From Octopus bimaculoides (taxonomy: Eukaryota): a stretch of 64,000 nt of DNA. The first letter of the stretch is position 1. Every line of letters starts with the position of its first letter. This document shows positions 25,061-38,240 of this stretch, one piece after another. The translations under genes were made by a program, and so were the position numbers. The stretch covers positions 21,006,974 through 21,070,973 of the forward strand of contig NC_068986.1 of NCBI RefSeq assembly GCF_001194135.2, read 5' to 3'. The notes under the pieces were generated by a model. The model ran no database searches. It was not told where the DNA came from and saw only the letters and a list, made by a program, of their open reading frames with translations.

Positions 25061-26704
25061 CAAACCTTCGAAATATATCCGAGACCCGCCAACTATCCAT
25101 TCCACGAGCACCACAGTATTAGAACCCTAAGTCTCTCCGTTATTGCTTTACCGTGTACTCTTTCGCATTTTCCCCACCCCTGTTCTTACAAGTTCTTTTC
25201 TTTATGGCTAATATTGATGTCCTTTTCTTGTTCCACAGCCTGTCGTATTTATCCTATTTAATTTCTATTTCTCTGTTACACTTAAATATCTGATGATTAT
25301 TTGCTTTGTCCAAAGAATCACGCTAATTTCTTTTCTGTCTTGGAATTCGTCCCATAAAATGAGATATTTGTTAGCGCATGAATCCTATTATTTTTTTCAA
25401 TTTATTTGGCGACTCTCCAGCTGCCACAAGATTCCATGAGAGATTAACGAAATATTTTAGTTTAAGACGCGAAAATCTGTTTTTAACTTTGTGCATTCCG
25501 GCGACCTTATTCTGTTTAGACTTTGAGCCATTAGTACATAGAGTGGTTCTGTCCAATGGAAACTAAACGATGCCATTTGACTCACCCTTTTTTAAAAAAT
25601 TTTTGTCTCGTATTAGAGAAGTTCTACAAGCGCGATGCAGTGTTTTCCTTATAGCAGTGTTTAAAATAGCTCATATATTGCTATAATCAGTCAAACTGCC
25701 TTACAACAATAATGAACAGAAAGACAGAGCTAAACTGGACAAGCAGACACAGTATGAAATATATGTTATCGTTGTTTTAGGCGTCAAAGAAAACACCGGA
25801 GAGTAACACATATAGGCTTAACAGAAAATTCTTTATAGAACCGATGTTATCACAGGAGATTTTCAATTATCAGTAAAAGAAAATACATCGTTTCTTCAGT
25901 ACATTTTGTAATAAATAAAGAGATTGACTCTAATGCTATCGCAAGGTCTACTTTGGACAGTGTTACTACATTCAGTAAATGCTCAAAGTAATTCAATTTG
26001 TTTAACCGGAAAATTTCAAATTAAAATCGCTTTATATTCCTATTGAACAGAAAGTCTGAGCTTAAAAGATCCAGCAGACACAGTATGAAATATCTGTTAT
26101 GTCTTTTGTAGGGCTTGGTAGAATGCAGAGAAAAGTCAATAGCATGTGATGCACCACCTTCTTGTATTTTGTGCCTACAAGTACAATGAACGTTCGCAGC
26201 AAAATGCTGTGCAAATTCCCATACGTGAACGTGAAATTAATGCAGGAAAGTAACTTCAGTTTCATGCGTCTTTTGGTTTCCTCCGGCTTTGCTCTCTTTT
26301 ACAAACCCAGTGAACATTCATATATTTCCGATTTCAAAGAAATTTGAGCAAGAGACATAAGACACAAGTTAAAAATGATTCCCAACTCAACTTCTCTGGT
26401 TGACTTTAAGACACCCCTAATAGGGGCCTTAACTCCCACATTTTAGAGGTCCATGTCCTCCATTTTTCAGGAGCAAAAACCTTTGAATGGGTTTTATAAG
26501 ATTTAGATTTTGAAATCTGTGCATAAAGATGAGTAGTATGGGATAAATATGTCATGATTAGAATGTTTGTTAGGGTGTGTAAAGAGAGAAAGAACCCTCA
26601 TTAAAATTCTTAATCTCCAATTTTGACGAAATTCGAATCATAGATATTCCAGTTCATTAGAGAAAATATAAAAGAAAAAAAATGTAATTCTTCAATTCCA
26701 TGTG

Positions 26705-26733
26705 ACACGGGCAACGCCGGGTATCTCTGCTAG
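26705..26733 (+). mobile_element. Helitron 3' end
   Basis: ACACGGGCAACGCCGGGT hairpin then TCTCTGCTAG|T, nearly identical to 318-347; the 5' end was not located. Confidence 0.7.
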
Positions 26734-26775
26734 TATATATATATATGTATATATATATATGTATATATATATATG

Positions 26776-26806
<31 letters not shown>

Positions 26807-26821
26807 GTATATATATATATG

Positions 26822-26853
<32 letters not shown>

Positions 26854-27163
26854 TTTAAATGAAATATTCAAACACTGAGATTTGAAGTTAGATGTCACTA
26901 CTGTTCATATCATCTGTGGATAAATTCAAAATTTGATGATATCACCAGTAGTTGCATTGGTGGAACGCAGTTATGATAGCTTTAAGGAGCTATGAAATAT
27001 CGTAATGATGCTTAATGAGCATCTACCTGCTAGAGATAAGAGCCAAGTCTTAAATAATCCACCGTAGCGCACCAATATAACAGAGAAAAACAGTATGCGA
27101 GGAATACAGACCGAATAAAAACATTTAACAACACAAATAAAAATATTATGCAATTACGGATAT

Positions 27164-27217
27164 CCACAAACCAGGTTTCTGCTTTTGGTTATTCAACCTT
27201 GAGCTTCGTCAGTGTGG
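27164..27217 (-). ncRNA. Type I hammerhead ribozyme, intact core
   Basis: CCACA-CUGACGA-A-GCU[caa GGUU gaau AACC aaa]AGC-A-GAAA-CCUGG-UU-UGUGG: perfect 5-bp stem I, extended stem II, near-palindromic stem III. Confidence 0.75.
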
Positions 27218-27240
27218 ACCACCAGTTTACACACACATAA

Positions 27241-27415
27241 GAGCATATGCATGTATACATACATATATGTATATACATACATCTACATGTATATATAGAT
27301 GCATATCCGGGTACAGGACGTCAGAAGAATGAAGACGTCCTGTACCCGGATATGCATCTATATATACATGTAGATGTAGGTATGTACATATATGTATGTA
27401 TACATGCATATGCTC
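27241..27415. repeat. Long palindrome, 82-bp arms, 11-nt loop
   Basis: 27241-27322 versus 27334-27415 match 80/82 as reverse complements; loop AGAAGAATGAA. Confidence 0.97.
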
Positions 27416-27642
27416 ATTTGTATTATTATATTATCGAAAGCGATGCGTCCATTTGCAAGTATATATATATGTATATATATATGAGCGTGTGTTTATATAT
27501 CTATATATTTATATGTATATAAATAAGTATGCATAACTGCTTGTTTACTCAAATTTTTTTTCGAAAATGGTAGAATAATATTGTATTATTTTTACATTTA
27601 CATATACATATGTAATACATACATACATGATACCTTTCTCAC

Positions 27643-27681
<39 letters not shown>

Positions 27682-28432
27682 GTATATATATACACACACA
27701 CACACACGATACCTTTATGTATGTACACCCATACATACATTCATGGATGGATGGATATTGTGTTACAGAAACAGTTTGTTTTCAAATACGGGAGAGTTCT
27801 GTTTCTTTTTGGACATTTCATTTTGTGCCTGTATCATGATTGTGGGCAGTAAGGACTTAATGGGGCAATTATTTGAAATCTATACCCGCAGGTTTCTGTC
27901 ACCTGACATATTAGCTTTTATTTAGAATATCATTTCCGTATCAGCTCCACTGACTCGCGTGTCTTTTCTCTATTAAATTTACGAGATCGTTGTCGAGTTT
28001 GGGAGAAACACCAGTGGATTGGGCTGGACATGAAGCAGTGTTATGCTTCTGGAAGATACTTAATAGAGTAATTGTAGGTTTTTTGGTTTTTTTAGCTTAG
28101 CATAGCGAGTCTGTAATTCAGATTATATTCCCGTGTCATTATACTTTCTCCTTCCTCTATTTGTCTTTTCCGGCCGAAGTCAGTAGCCTGTAGAGAAATA
28201 AGGTCAGTGAAGTCGACTTTACACTTGACATACTCATTAAACGAAGACTGTTCTTTTGAGTAATGACCTAACAAATCAACAAAATTTTAGTTAAACAAGC
28301 AAAATGAATGTTGTAGATGTTTTTTGTTTCATTTAATTTCGTTTCTGGACCTTCTAGGTTCAAATCGTGTCAGGTTAAAGGAAACCTTTCTCATACACTG
28401 TACTAGAAATGTTTTTATAGATTTTGGTATAT

Positions 28433-28880
28433 TTTTTTATTCGTTTCAGTCATTTGACTGTGGCCATGCTGGAGCACCGTCTTTAGTCGAACCCAGGACT
28501 TATTCTTTGTAAGCCTAGTACTTATTCTATAGGTCTCTTTTGCTGAATCGCTAAGTTATGGGGACGTAATCACACCAACATCGGTTGCCAAGCGATGGGG
28601 GGACAAAACACACACACACACACACACACATATATATGCATACAGGGTGGCCCAAAAGTAGGTTTACAGTTATTCAACTATCTCGCATTCATATATTAAA
28701 AGTTCAGATCTTAATTATGACAAAATATGAAACCATTGTTCTAAGCTAATTTAGTTAATTTTGTCAAGCTCCTTTATCAGTTTGTGAGATAGATTTAAAT
28801 GTAATAAAATGTTTTAAATTTAAAGTGCCTCCGTGATAACTGTAAACCTACTTTTGGGCCACCCTGTATGTGTGTATGTA

Positions 28881-28921
<41 letters not shown>

Positions 28922-29078
28922 GGCGGGCTTCTTTCAGTTTCCATCTAACAAATCCACTCACTAGGCTTTGGTCGGCCAGAGACTATAGTATAAAACACTT
29001 GTCCAAAGTGCCACGCAGTGGGACTGAACCCAGAAACCATGTGGTTGGGAAGCAACCTTCTTAGCCCACAACCACGCC
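28433..29078 (-). mobile_element. SINE F2, full length, interrupted by a MITE
   Basis: Reverse-complement F2 tail at 28433-28620 and head at 28920-29078. Confidence 0.9.
28643..28866. mobile_element. Tc1/mariner-type MITE (224 bp)
   Basis: Perfect 31-bp TIR CAGGGTGGCCCAAAAGTAGGTTTACAGTTAT with TA TSD (28641-42, 28867-68). A related end GGGCCACCCTG|TA occurs at 10296-10308. Confidence 0.93.
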
Positions 29079-30477
29079 TTGACACTTGCTAAACCGTCTC
29101 TTATTTTAAAACTCTACTTTGGCTCGTGATTGGCTTCGTCGACGTCCAAGCATCCGAACGAGGTTTCCAGTCTGACTTTTTGATAAACTACTTCCTACTA
29201 CAATAACCGATGTGCAATAGTTTAGTCCCCTCCCACCTTCCAGTTTATGATGTACTGCAAAAGGTCATAGATGCCTTCCTTCCTCTTTTGATTAAGCCAC
29301 ACATGTATACACACTCTCTTACTTCAGAGGAAGAATGAGCAAATAGATAAGCCATGAGATCAGTAAATTAATGATTTTGAGATCATTGCGAGACGCCAGC
29401 AGCTGATGGTATTAAATATGGTGGTGACGTTAGTGGCTTTCCTTGTGATCGCTGAACATCGTTGAAGATGTTTCATTGCATTAAATATCTATTTCTATGT
29501 GATTCAATACATGCCTATATTTCATCCATTTAACATCGTAACAGCAAACTAGGATATTAAGTTATGGCCGCTTTTTTTTTTTTTTTTTTATGAAGCAAAA
29601 TATAGTGACATTGTCAGTCTCCGAACCGTAATAAGACTGTTTGAAAATAGGAAAAATTAGAATAATATAGAAATAGTGTATTTTCTATTGGAACAATAGC
29701 CTAACTGGGGAGGGCACGGTATAGCCCGCTCTATGCAAAGCTTTTATGGGAGCAGCACTTTTGGATGTGCCGTATCAGTTTGTATTGGCTTGGAGGACCC
29801 TGTGAGGGGCAAACTCAAGCGTTGCCCTGGGCAGCATAGATTCTAGCTACGCCACTGAATTGGAAGGGCATTCAAGCCAAAAGATCATCATAATCTACCA
29901 GTGTGTTGATGTATAAGCATCATGAAATATATCCACCGTATTTAAAGGCTCACTTAATAGCACATCTTTAAACTCTGATGTAGTTGTGTTGTTACTCTTT
30001 GAAACAGCTGCAGAGGACAATTAAATTATAAATTATATGTGAAATTTGTGTTTTTATGTTTTTTTATTCTAAAGATAGTTATAACCTATGAAGCTATTGC
30101 GAGATAGTCTCGTTGAGCTTTGTTTGAACAGATCTACAAAATGGTGGCAAGCCAATAAAAACTTTGTTGTAACTTGTAAGCATTGCATCCATGCTGTTTC
30201 AGCATTTGCTCTGGTCTATTGATACATTATATAGTTCGTCATTCATAGGATTTTCTTTTTGTTTTTTGTTCGCGTAGGAGATCGTTAACTACCATCGAAA
30301 ATGTTATTACGAGAATTCGTGAGCACTAGTTGTGGTTTGACTAGGCTAGAGTGAAACAGAATGGAAATAGAAAAATGGAAACAGAAAAGCAGAAAATAAC
30401 ACAACGTATATTCGTGTGACGTGAAGAGAGGAGACATCAACGTAATCGCTCAGAGAATTTACTACAAACAAGTGATT

Positions 30478-30688
30478 TAAATTTTGGCACAAGGCCAGCA
30501 ATTGCTAAGACTGTAGTTGATTACATCGACCCCGAATACTTGACTGGTACTTTATTTTATCGATCCCCGAAGGATGAAAGGCAAAGTAGACTTGGGCAGC
30601 ATTTGAACTCGGAACGCAAAGAGACGGAAGAAATGCCGCTAAGCATTGTGTCCGGAGCGATAAGGATTCTGCCAGCTCACCACCTGGC
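30478..30688 (-). mobile_element. SINE F1, full length
   Basis: Reverse-complement copy ending GATTCTGCCAGCTCACCACCT. Confidence 0.9.
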
Positions 30689-33439
30689 AATGATGTTTAC
30701 ATATGGTAGAACTCGCTGATATTGGATCTGTGTCCACGATTAGGACAGAGGGAGTAAACATACTGGCGAATATTTATCAATCAAGTATGTTCGATATAAT
30801 ATGTCGTTTTCTCAACGCAGAATCTAGTATGGTTGTTGTTCAAGAGTCAACAACTTACTTCGTTGTGTAAACATTTCCACAAGTTCTGGTGACGTGCAGA
30901 CACTCGGTGTGGGAGAAGTATAAAGAGTTTCGTCTTTTCTTGAGAAGAGGAACACACGTCTGACAGTCTTATTATTATGGTATGTTAGACGGCAGGACAT
31001 TAGAGTGGAAAGAAAAAAAAGGCGGGGTGACAAGTAGAAGAAAGGGAAAGGAAAAGAGAAGACAGAGGGGAAGGGGAAGGAAAATATGAACGACGACAGC
31101 TCAGAAGGAAGTGTCACATTGATGATTGACAGGTTTCACTATAATGAACTATATCTTTGGTAAACCACTATCGTTGGTGCACTTACTTTAACTCACGCAA
31201 CCTGTCTTGCTTTAACTCACATTAACTGTCTTATCTATTTCTCCTTTTAACTCAAACACACACATACAAAGAGAGAGAGAGAGGGGGGGGGACGCACGCA
31301 CACTCACACATAAACAATTTTTTGTTTTTTACAATACACGCTCGCACGAACACATAAACATATCGATAAAAATGTATAAACGTACACCAACGAACTTGAC
31401 TTCACCTAATAACACACAAGACTGGAGTAAACACGTCCTTTCTTACTCTCATTCAACGTAAGTGTAGCTTTGTGTCAGTACAGAAACACTCCCTCTTTTA
31501 CACTACCAAACCTTTTCTAATTACCGGCACACACACGCACACAACTACCCTGTTTTTCACAAACTGACCTAGCATGAACCCACAATTGACGATCTCACCC
31601 GACATAACAAAATTCCATTCTACACGCTCACGCGTGCACACACACCCGCACATACACGTATATTGGCATATATATACATATATACATACATAAATCACAT
31701 TTTAATTTGGGCACGCCTGATGGAGGCGTAGAGACGCTGTCGTGACTTTGAGCATTGTTAGATTTGGTGGAGCCCACGATTTTTTTCCAGAAAGAGAGAG
31801 ACAGCCTTAAAGGAAGGAATCGATCTCTGTGCAGGACTGTTACTTTATTTATTTCTCTCCAAAGAATAAAAGGAAAAATTAAGCAAGGTTGACCCAGTGG
31901 AATTTAAAATTAGAACGCTGAAAATCGGAACGAACTCCACAAATCATACTATCCGACGCCTTAACAATTCAACTTTTATATACATACATACATACATACA
32001 TACTTTCGTAACTACAAAAGTATACAGGCATACATGTACATATGTGAGTTATAAATATATATGTGTGTGTACGTATGTGTGTAAATGGATGGATAGATGG
32101 ATTCAAGTAGCTACTTAATCTTGTTCAGTTTTCTAGAAAAATAAACACGGATAATAGAAAGTTATTTAAGGTAGATAATAAATTCTCAAAGAATTATAAT
32201 AGGATTGAAACAGCAGTCATTCCAGGGTTAGTTACTCGAAATAAATGATTTGGTAAAATGAAATTTAGGTAAGTTTTCCTAAACTTAGATCCCAAGTAAA
32301 GGTGTCGTATATAAAATCGGTTAGCTTCGCTAGGGAAGGATTCTAGTGCTAACATCTCCAATTTCATAAGAACTCCTTTTGATAGCATCTGGGGAATCGC
32401 GATTTCAAGTCTTGCAATCAAAATATGTCTAAATAGATACAATTGTTGTGACCGATAAAAATTAAAGAATACACCATGCACCATCTAAGTTCGGTGTGAA
32501 CGTATTTGGAAATGAAACCAGCGTTAAAAATAAATCACGAGATAGAGCCAATGAATTCCCATTTCCCAAGAACTAAATATGTTAATTTAGAAATATATAA
32601 TTTCATAATCTTATAGAATACTAAAATTGGTTATGTATATTAGATGTAACAGATTGATCTGATTACGGCATTTAACCATCAGTCTTTAAACCAAGAAGAA
32701 GAGTTTCACTGTTCAACTTGATAGGATTTGATCTGGAAACACTGACTGATAAAACAAAATCCTCTATTTCTAGTCTCTGGCATTTATACTATGTAAGATA
32801 TTATACGATAACAACAAAATATCGGACCAACAAACCGACGCAGATATAACTGCAGCAGTTAACTCAAAAACTACACGCAACAACCATTCACATATCAATT
32901 AGTTTAATTAACGAATCTATAAGTGTATTGACTAATTAACCAGCTACCCAAGATATAATTATGCTGCTACTACTCCTAATCACAGTAACCCAATTGATAG
33001 AGAAGCAGCCAAACCTAAATCTAACAAGTTAATCAGCCAAGCAGCTAATCATAAAAAAAGTCGATAGGCTTAATCAAATTTAAGCAATCAGGAATCCCAG
33101 AGGCATGAAGACAACATCCCCAAAGGGAAGAAAAATAGGTTTAATCATTATTGAGTTGAGAATGGGGATCAAAGGGAATCATATTAATAACTTGTTGCAC
33201 CATGTTTGTAGAAGTTTAGCTTTAATTGATTAACTTAACTAATCGAATTAATTTTTGGAATTAAATGTAAACGATGACCAAATCTTTGTTAATAACATAA
33301 CAAAATATTGAAATATGGATTTATTCTAGGTTTTAAGCAATGAGAAAAACAACTATCGAGAGCTTTATGTGCTGGTTTCTTAATATATGAGAGTTAAATT
33401 TGTACTTTATCATTAAATGCTTTTAGAATACGAAATTTA

Positions 33440-33650
33440 AAGGCGATCCGACAGAATCGTTAGCAAGCTGGACCAAATGCTTAGCGGCATTTCTCTTCGG
33501 TTTACTTCTGGATTCAAATTTCTCCGAAGTTTACGTTGCTTTTCATCCTCTCAGGGTCGATAAAATGAGTACCAGTTGAGTATTGGAGTCGATGTAATCA
33601 AATTCTCCTACCCCCAAAATTTCAGGCCTTGTGTTTATAGTCGAAAAAAT
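33440..33650 (+). mobile_element. SINE F1
   Basis: AAGGCGATCCGACAGAATCGTTAGC...CAGGCCTTGTG. Confidence 0.85.
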
Positions 33651-35199
33651 TTTTTATGTAAAATTTAGGCAACGAAAAACTATTATTGTGGTTTCCGAAC
33701 CATTTCGTCGACAGTTGTTCATTAGTGATAATAAATAAACACTGGATTTGAATCTTATGAAAAGTAACCAACCTTACGACTCTTACAAACGACCATGTTT
33801 CCTTTGCATTCATTAGTTGGAACATGCGGAACATGCTTTTGGATCCTTGAGTATTTTTGTATATGCGTAGGATTTACATTTCAAATAATACTCACACTTT
33901 ATTCCGGATGTAAATCAATGTATATATATATATCTTATATTTAGAGTACTTAAACATAAATTTCACTTAACACTTTGACTCAACTTATGATTAAAAGTTT
34001 TACATTCCATTATTTTAGGAATTTAATTCAGTTTCTCGTTAGATCTTTGGCAGGTTAGAACTTTTCAAAATATTTCTATGAAAGAGATATGAAGATGCTA
34101 CAAATGTTTTGTGTAGTAAAGTATTTAATTTCTATAAGAACCTTACTGTGCTCATCCAACCCGATTGCACATGAATTACGCAACTTAGGTCACATCCAAT
34201 CTAAAGAATTACCTAACATGTGTAACATGCTGGGACATTAAATGTAAGCAATAATTCATATAATACAAAATATATTTAATATTGGAAACCATTTATGTAA
34301 GACAGAACACATTTAATCTAATCACTCACATTCCCGGGATCTAAAGCCAAATCTAAGATTCTGGAATGATATACTAGACTGAACTAAACTAGGATGATTA
34401 GCAAGAGCTAAAACCGAATCAATAATCTGCAAGGACGTAATACTCAGAAACCGATAGACTGCATGTTATAGGGGTGTAGTATATAAACACGATATGAAAC
34501 GGTTTATTATATTCATACGATATACATTGTAAGTTAGTGTAAATTGAGAATCAATAGCTTCACCCAGGTTTCAAATATTTCTATATTGGAATTTCAAGGT
34601 TACGTATCCGTCATAGAAATAAAACCAGTAATCAAAGGACATAATATAATTGAATATAATATGATTTTATCGAAACTTAATTAAAATTCGATCAATTTCC
34701 ATTCAGATACTTGTCTATGCCAATCTAAAAATATACTACTACCGCTGCTGCTGCTGTTTTGCTGACAAAATCGCTTCGAAAGGCAATAAGTTTAATTCAG
34801 AGCACATCATCATTAGAACGTTAAACTTCTTGTAAGCATATGAAACTACGGTGAGAGTTCGAGATGGTAGAATAACAAACGAAAGGTTCAGAGGTCAATA
34901 CTTCGTATTTCATCACCAGGAGCTTGTGTTGTGTTTATGGCCAAAATATTGGCACCCGCTATCAACGGTATCAATTTCCATCTTGACCATTTCGTTGTTC
35001 CTCTCTTACAACTATCTTTTCTTAAATTCTTCTCTCAGAATAATTACTGAGGTCTTCGGCAGCCAATTTCAAATGCTCGTGTAGAGCTGGAATTGGTTCA
35101 TCCAAGACGTTCAAGAATCAGCAAGATCACCAGACGTGCAATCCTGGCGACTTCTTCAACAATTTGACTCTTTAGGAAACAACAACAACAACAACAACA

Positions 35200-35750
35200 A
35201 CAATGGTTTCTTATTTAGACACAAGGGCAGCAATTTTGAGGATAAAATGCAGAGTTTTCCTGTGCGTGATTTGAACCCAGAACGTAAAAAGTCAAAATAC
35301 CGCGTCATTTTTTCTGAGATCTTAACAGTTATGCCAGTCTACCACCCTAATAATAAAAACAACGGTTTCAAATTTTGGCACAAGTCCGGCTGTTTTAGAG
35401 AAAGGNNNNNNNNNNNNNNNNNNNNNNNNNNNNNNNNNNNNNNNNNNNNNNNNNNNNNNNNNNCAAAGGGGTGAAAAGCAAAGTTGACTTCAGCGGAACT
35501 TGAACCCAGAACGTAAGGAAATGAAAGAAATGTCGTTAATGATTTTGTCTAATACATTAAAGATTCGGTCAATTTGTTGAATAGTTCCTGCCTTACGCAC
35601 AAGGTCAAATGTTTTAAAGTGTGGAGGTTAGCTGATTGCTAACGACCCTGGTACTTAACTGGTACTTTACTTATCGATCTTGAAAGGATGAAAGGCAAGT
35701 TTGACCTCGGCGGAATTTGAACTCAGAACGCAGTGAGCCAGAAGAAATAC
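35200..35750 (-). mobile_element. Cluster of three SINE F1 copies
   Basis: Three successive reverse-complement bodies at about 35200-35345, 35370-35580 and 35595-35750. Confidence 0.75.
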
Positions 35751-35759
35751 ATTATCATC

Positions 35760-36028
35760 ATCAACCCGCTGGACACCATTGTCTCGAGTTCTAGGAGTCA
35801 AAGGGTCAGTTATCTGGTTTCCGTAGCATATACGTGACGGAGAATACATACCCCCTGAACGGGACACTAGTCTCTCGCAGGGTTACTCCTTCACAGCTGA
35901 GTAGACTGCAGCAACGGGAAATGAAGTGTTTTGCTGAGGAACACAACGCACTGCCTGATGCAGGAATCGAAACCAACGATCTTGCGATCGTGAATGCATC
36001 ACTCTAACCACAAGGCCACATGCCTTTA
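35760..36028 (-). mobile_element. tRNA-derived SINE, F3-type head with a different 3' body
   Basis: Reverse-complement head GTGGCCTTGTGGTTAGAG...GGTTTCGATTCC; body contains CCCCCTGAACGGGACACTAGTC. Confidence 0.75.
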
Positions 36029-37051
36029 CAAACCGTTTTTCTTTTTTTTCTTTTTTTTCTTTTTTGTCGACGATTTAACCATGTCCTAGCTAGCTTCGAG
36101 GTCAAGGGTCAAAGGTCAGTAGTTTAGTTTGCCAATACCAGAAACGGAAGAAAAAAAAAACCTTGTCATATTTTATTTTTAATTTCTAAAAGCTTCACAT
36201 GGCAGATTTTTTGAAGGGAAAAAAATATCTCGTTTTCTGCAATCGGATATTTACTTTCTTTAATTCTTTGGCACATTTGCTCTTATTCCAGCTCCCCTCA
36301 TCCCTCATCCTACCTCCCTCCCACTCATAGAACCATCCTTTATTCTTTCGACCATTCTCATTCCGTTTTATGTTCTTCCCATTCTATTCCGCCTAATATC
36401 AATTTCTATCTTTTTATCGTTACGATTTCCTTGTTCCTTCTTTACCGTTATCTCCTCTTAAATTCTTCCATCACTCACATCCTTCCATCTTCGTATATTT
36501 GCCAAGACCTTTCTCGATTTCTCTCCACTCTCTCTCTCTCTCTATCTCTCTCATTCTCTTGTGTTTATTTTCTCTTATCTCTCTCNNNNNNNNNNNNNNN
36601 NNNNNNNNNNNNNNNNNNNNNNNNNNNNNNNNNNNNNNNNNNNNNNNNNNNNNNNNNNNNNNNNNNNNNNNNNNNNNNNNNNNNNNNNNNNNNNNNNNNN
36701 NNNNNNNNNNNNNNNNNNNNNNNNNNNNNNNNNNNNNNNNNNNNNNNNNNNNNNNNNNNNNNNNNNNNNNNNNNNNNNNNNNNNNNNNNNNNNNNNNNNN
36801 NNNNNNNNNNNNNNNNNNNNNNNNNNNNNNNNNNNNNNNNNNNNNNNNNNNNNNNNNNNNNNNNNNNNNNNNNNNNNNNNNNNNNNNNNNNNNNNNNNNN
36901 NNNNNNNNNNNNNNNNNNNNNNNNNNNNNNNNNNNNNNNNNNNNNNNNNNNNNNNNNNNNNNNNNNNNNNNNNNNNNNNNNNNNNNNNNNNNNNNNNNNN
37001 NNNNNNNNNNNNNNNNNNNNNNNNNNNNNNNNNNNNNNNNNNNNNNNNNNN

Positions 37052-37279
37052 CTCTCTCACTCTCTTCTCCTCTCTCTCACTCTCTTCTCCTCTCTCTCAC
37101 TCTCTTCTCCTCTCTCTCACTCTCTTCTCCTCTCTCTCACTCTCTTCTCCTCTCTCTCACTCTCTTTCCCTCCCTTTCTAGGTCTCTTAGTAATTGTTTT
37201 CTCCTTCCGTTTACTTTTATATCATTTTCCCTCCTTCACAGACACAAATGTGCCTTCCACTCTTTTTTTCCATGCTCTT

Positions 37280-37310
<31 letters not shown>

Positions 37311-37602
37311 TTGTTGTGTGTATGTGTATCTTATTACATTTGTCAATCTATTTGAGTCTCGTGTAACCCTCTCTCCCCCTCTCCCCTTCACAATTACCTT
37401 CTTTATGTCCTATTCACTCAAGTCATTTCTATCAATATCACACGTCTCACTCAAACTCCCTTAGTCTTTCCTTCTTGTCTCTCTTTCTCGCTTACTTTTT
37501 CGCTTTCTCTTTCTTTCGTCCTTTCCACTTCAACTCTTTTTCTCTTTCATTTCCTTCTCTTTAACCTATCTCTCAGTCACTCTCTCTCAATTTTTTCTTT
37601 AC

Positions 37603-37639
<37 letters not shown>

Positions 37640-38240
37640 GTTCTCTCTCTCTCTTTCGTTCTCTCTCTCTCCATCTCTCTCTTTCGTTCTCTCTCTCTCC
37701 ATCTCTCTCTTTCGTTCTCTCTCTCTCCATCTCTCTCTTTCGTTCTCTCTCTCTCCATCTCTCTCTTTCGTTCTCTCTCTCTCCATCTCTCTCTCTTTCA
37801 TTCTCTCTCTCCATCTCTCTCTCTTTCGTTCTCTCTCCCTCTCCATCTCTCTCTTTCGTTCTCTCTCTCTCTTTCGTTTTCTCTCTCCATCTCTCTCTCT
37901 CTCCATCTCTCTCTCCTAATCTTTCCCTCTCATCTTTTCCCCAGTATTTCTCTCTCTCCCCCTCCCTCTCTTTCTCTCCCTCTTTCTCTCCCCCTCTCTC
38001 TCTCTCTCTGAGTGTTTTCTCTGTCAATCACTTGATCATTTTTCGTTGTCTTTCTCTCTCAATTTTTCTCTCCTCTTGTCTTTCTTTCTCTCTCACTCTC
38101 TCTCTTACACACGCACATTCACTGTCTCTCTCTCTTTCAAACTTCCTAGTCTTTCCCTCTCATCTTTTCCCCAGTCTTTCTCTCTCTCCCCCCTCACCCT
38201 CCCTCTCTCTCTCTCTTTCTCTCTCTCCCTCAATTACTCT
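37052..38240. repeat. CT-rich minisatellites (20-bp unit TCTCTTCTCCTCTCTCTCAC; about 29-bp unit with TTTCGTT/CCAT) and a local duplication
   Basis: Tandem units at 37052-37165 and 37635-37890; TTTCCCTCTCATCTTTTCCCCAGT occurs at about 37922 and 38152. Confidence 0.9.

Noticed and set aside
29820-29857. CAGTGGCGTAGCTAG (minus strand), a hAT-like terminus
   Set aside because: No matching second terminus or TSD was found.
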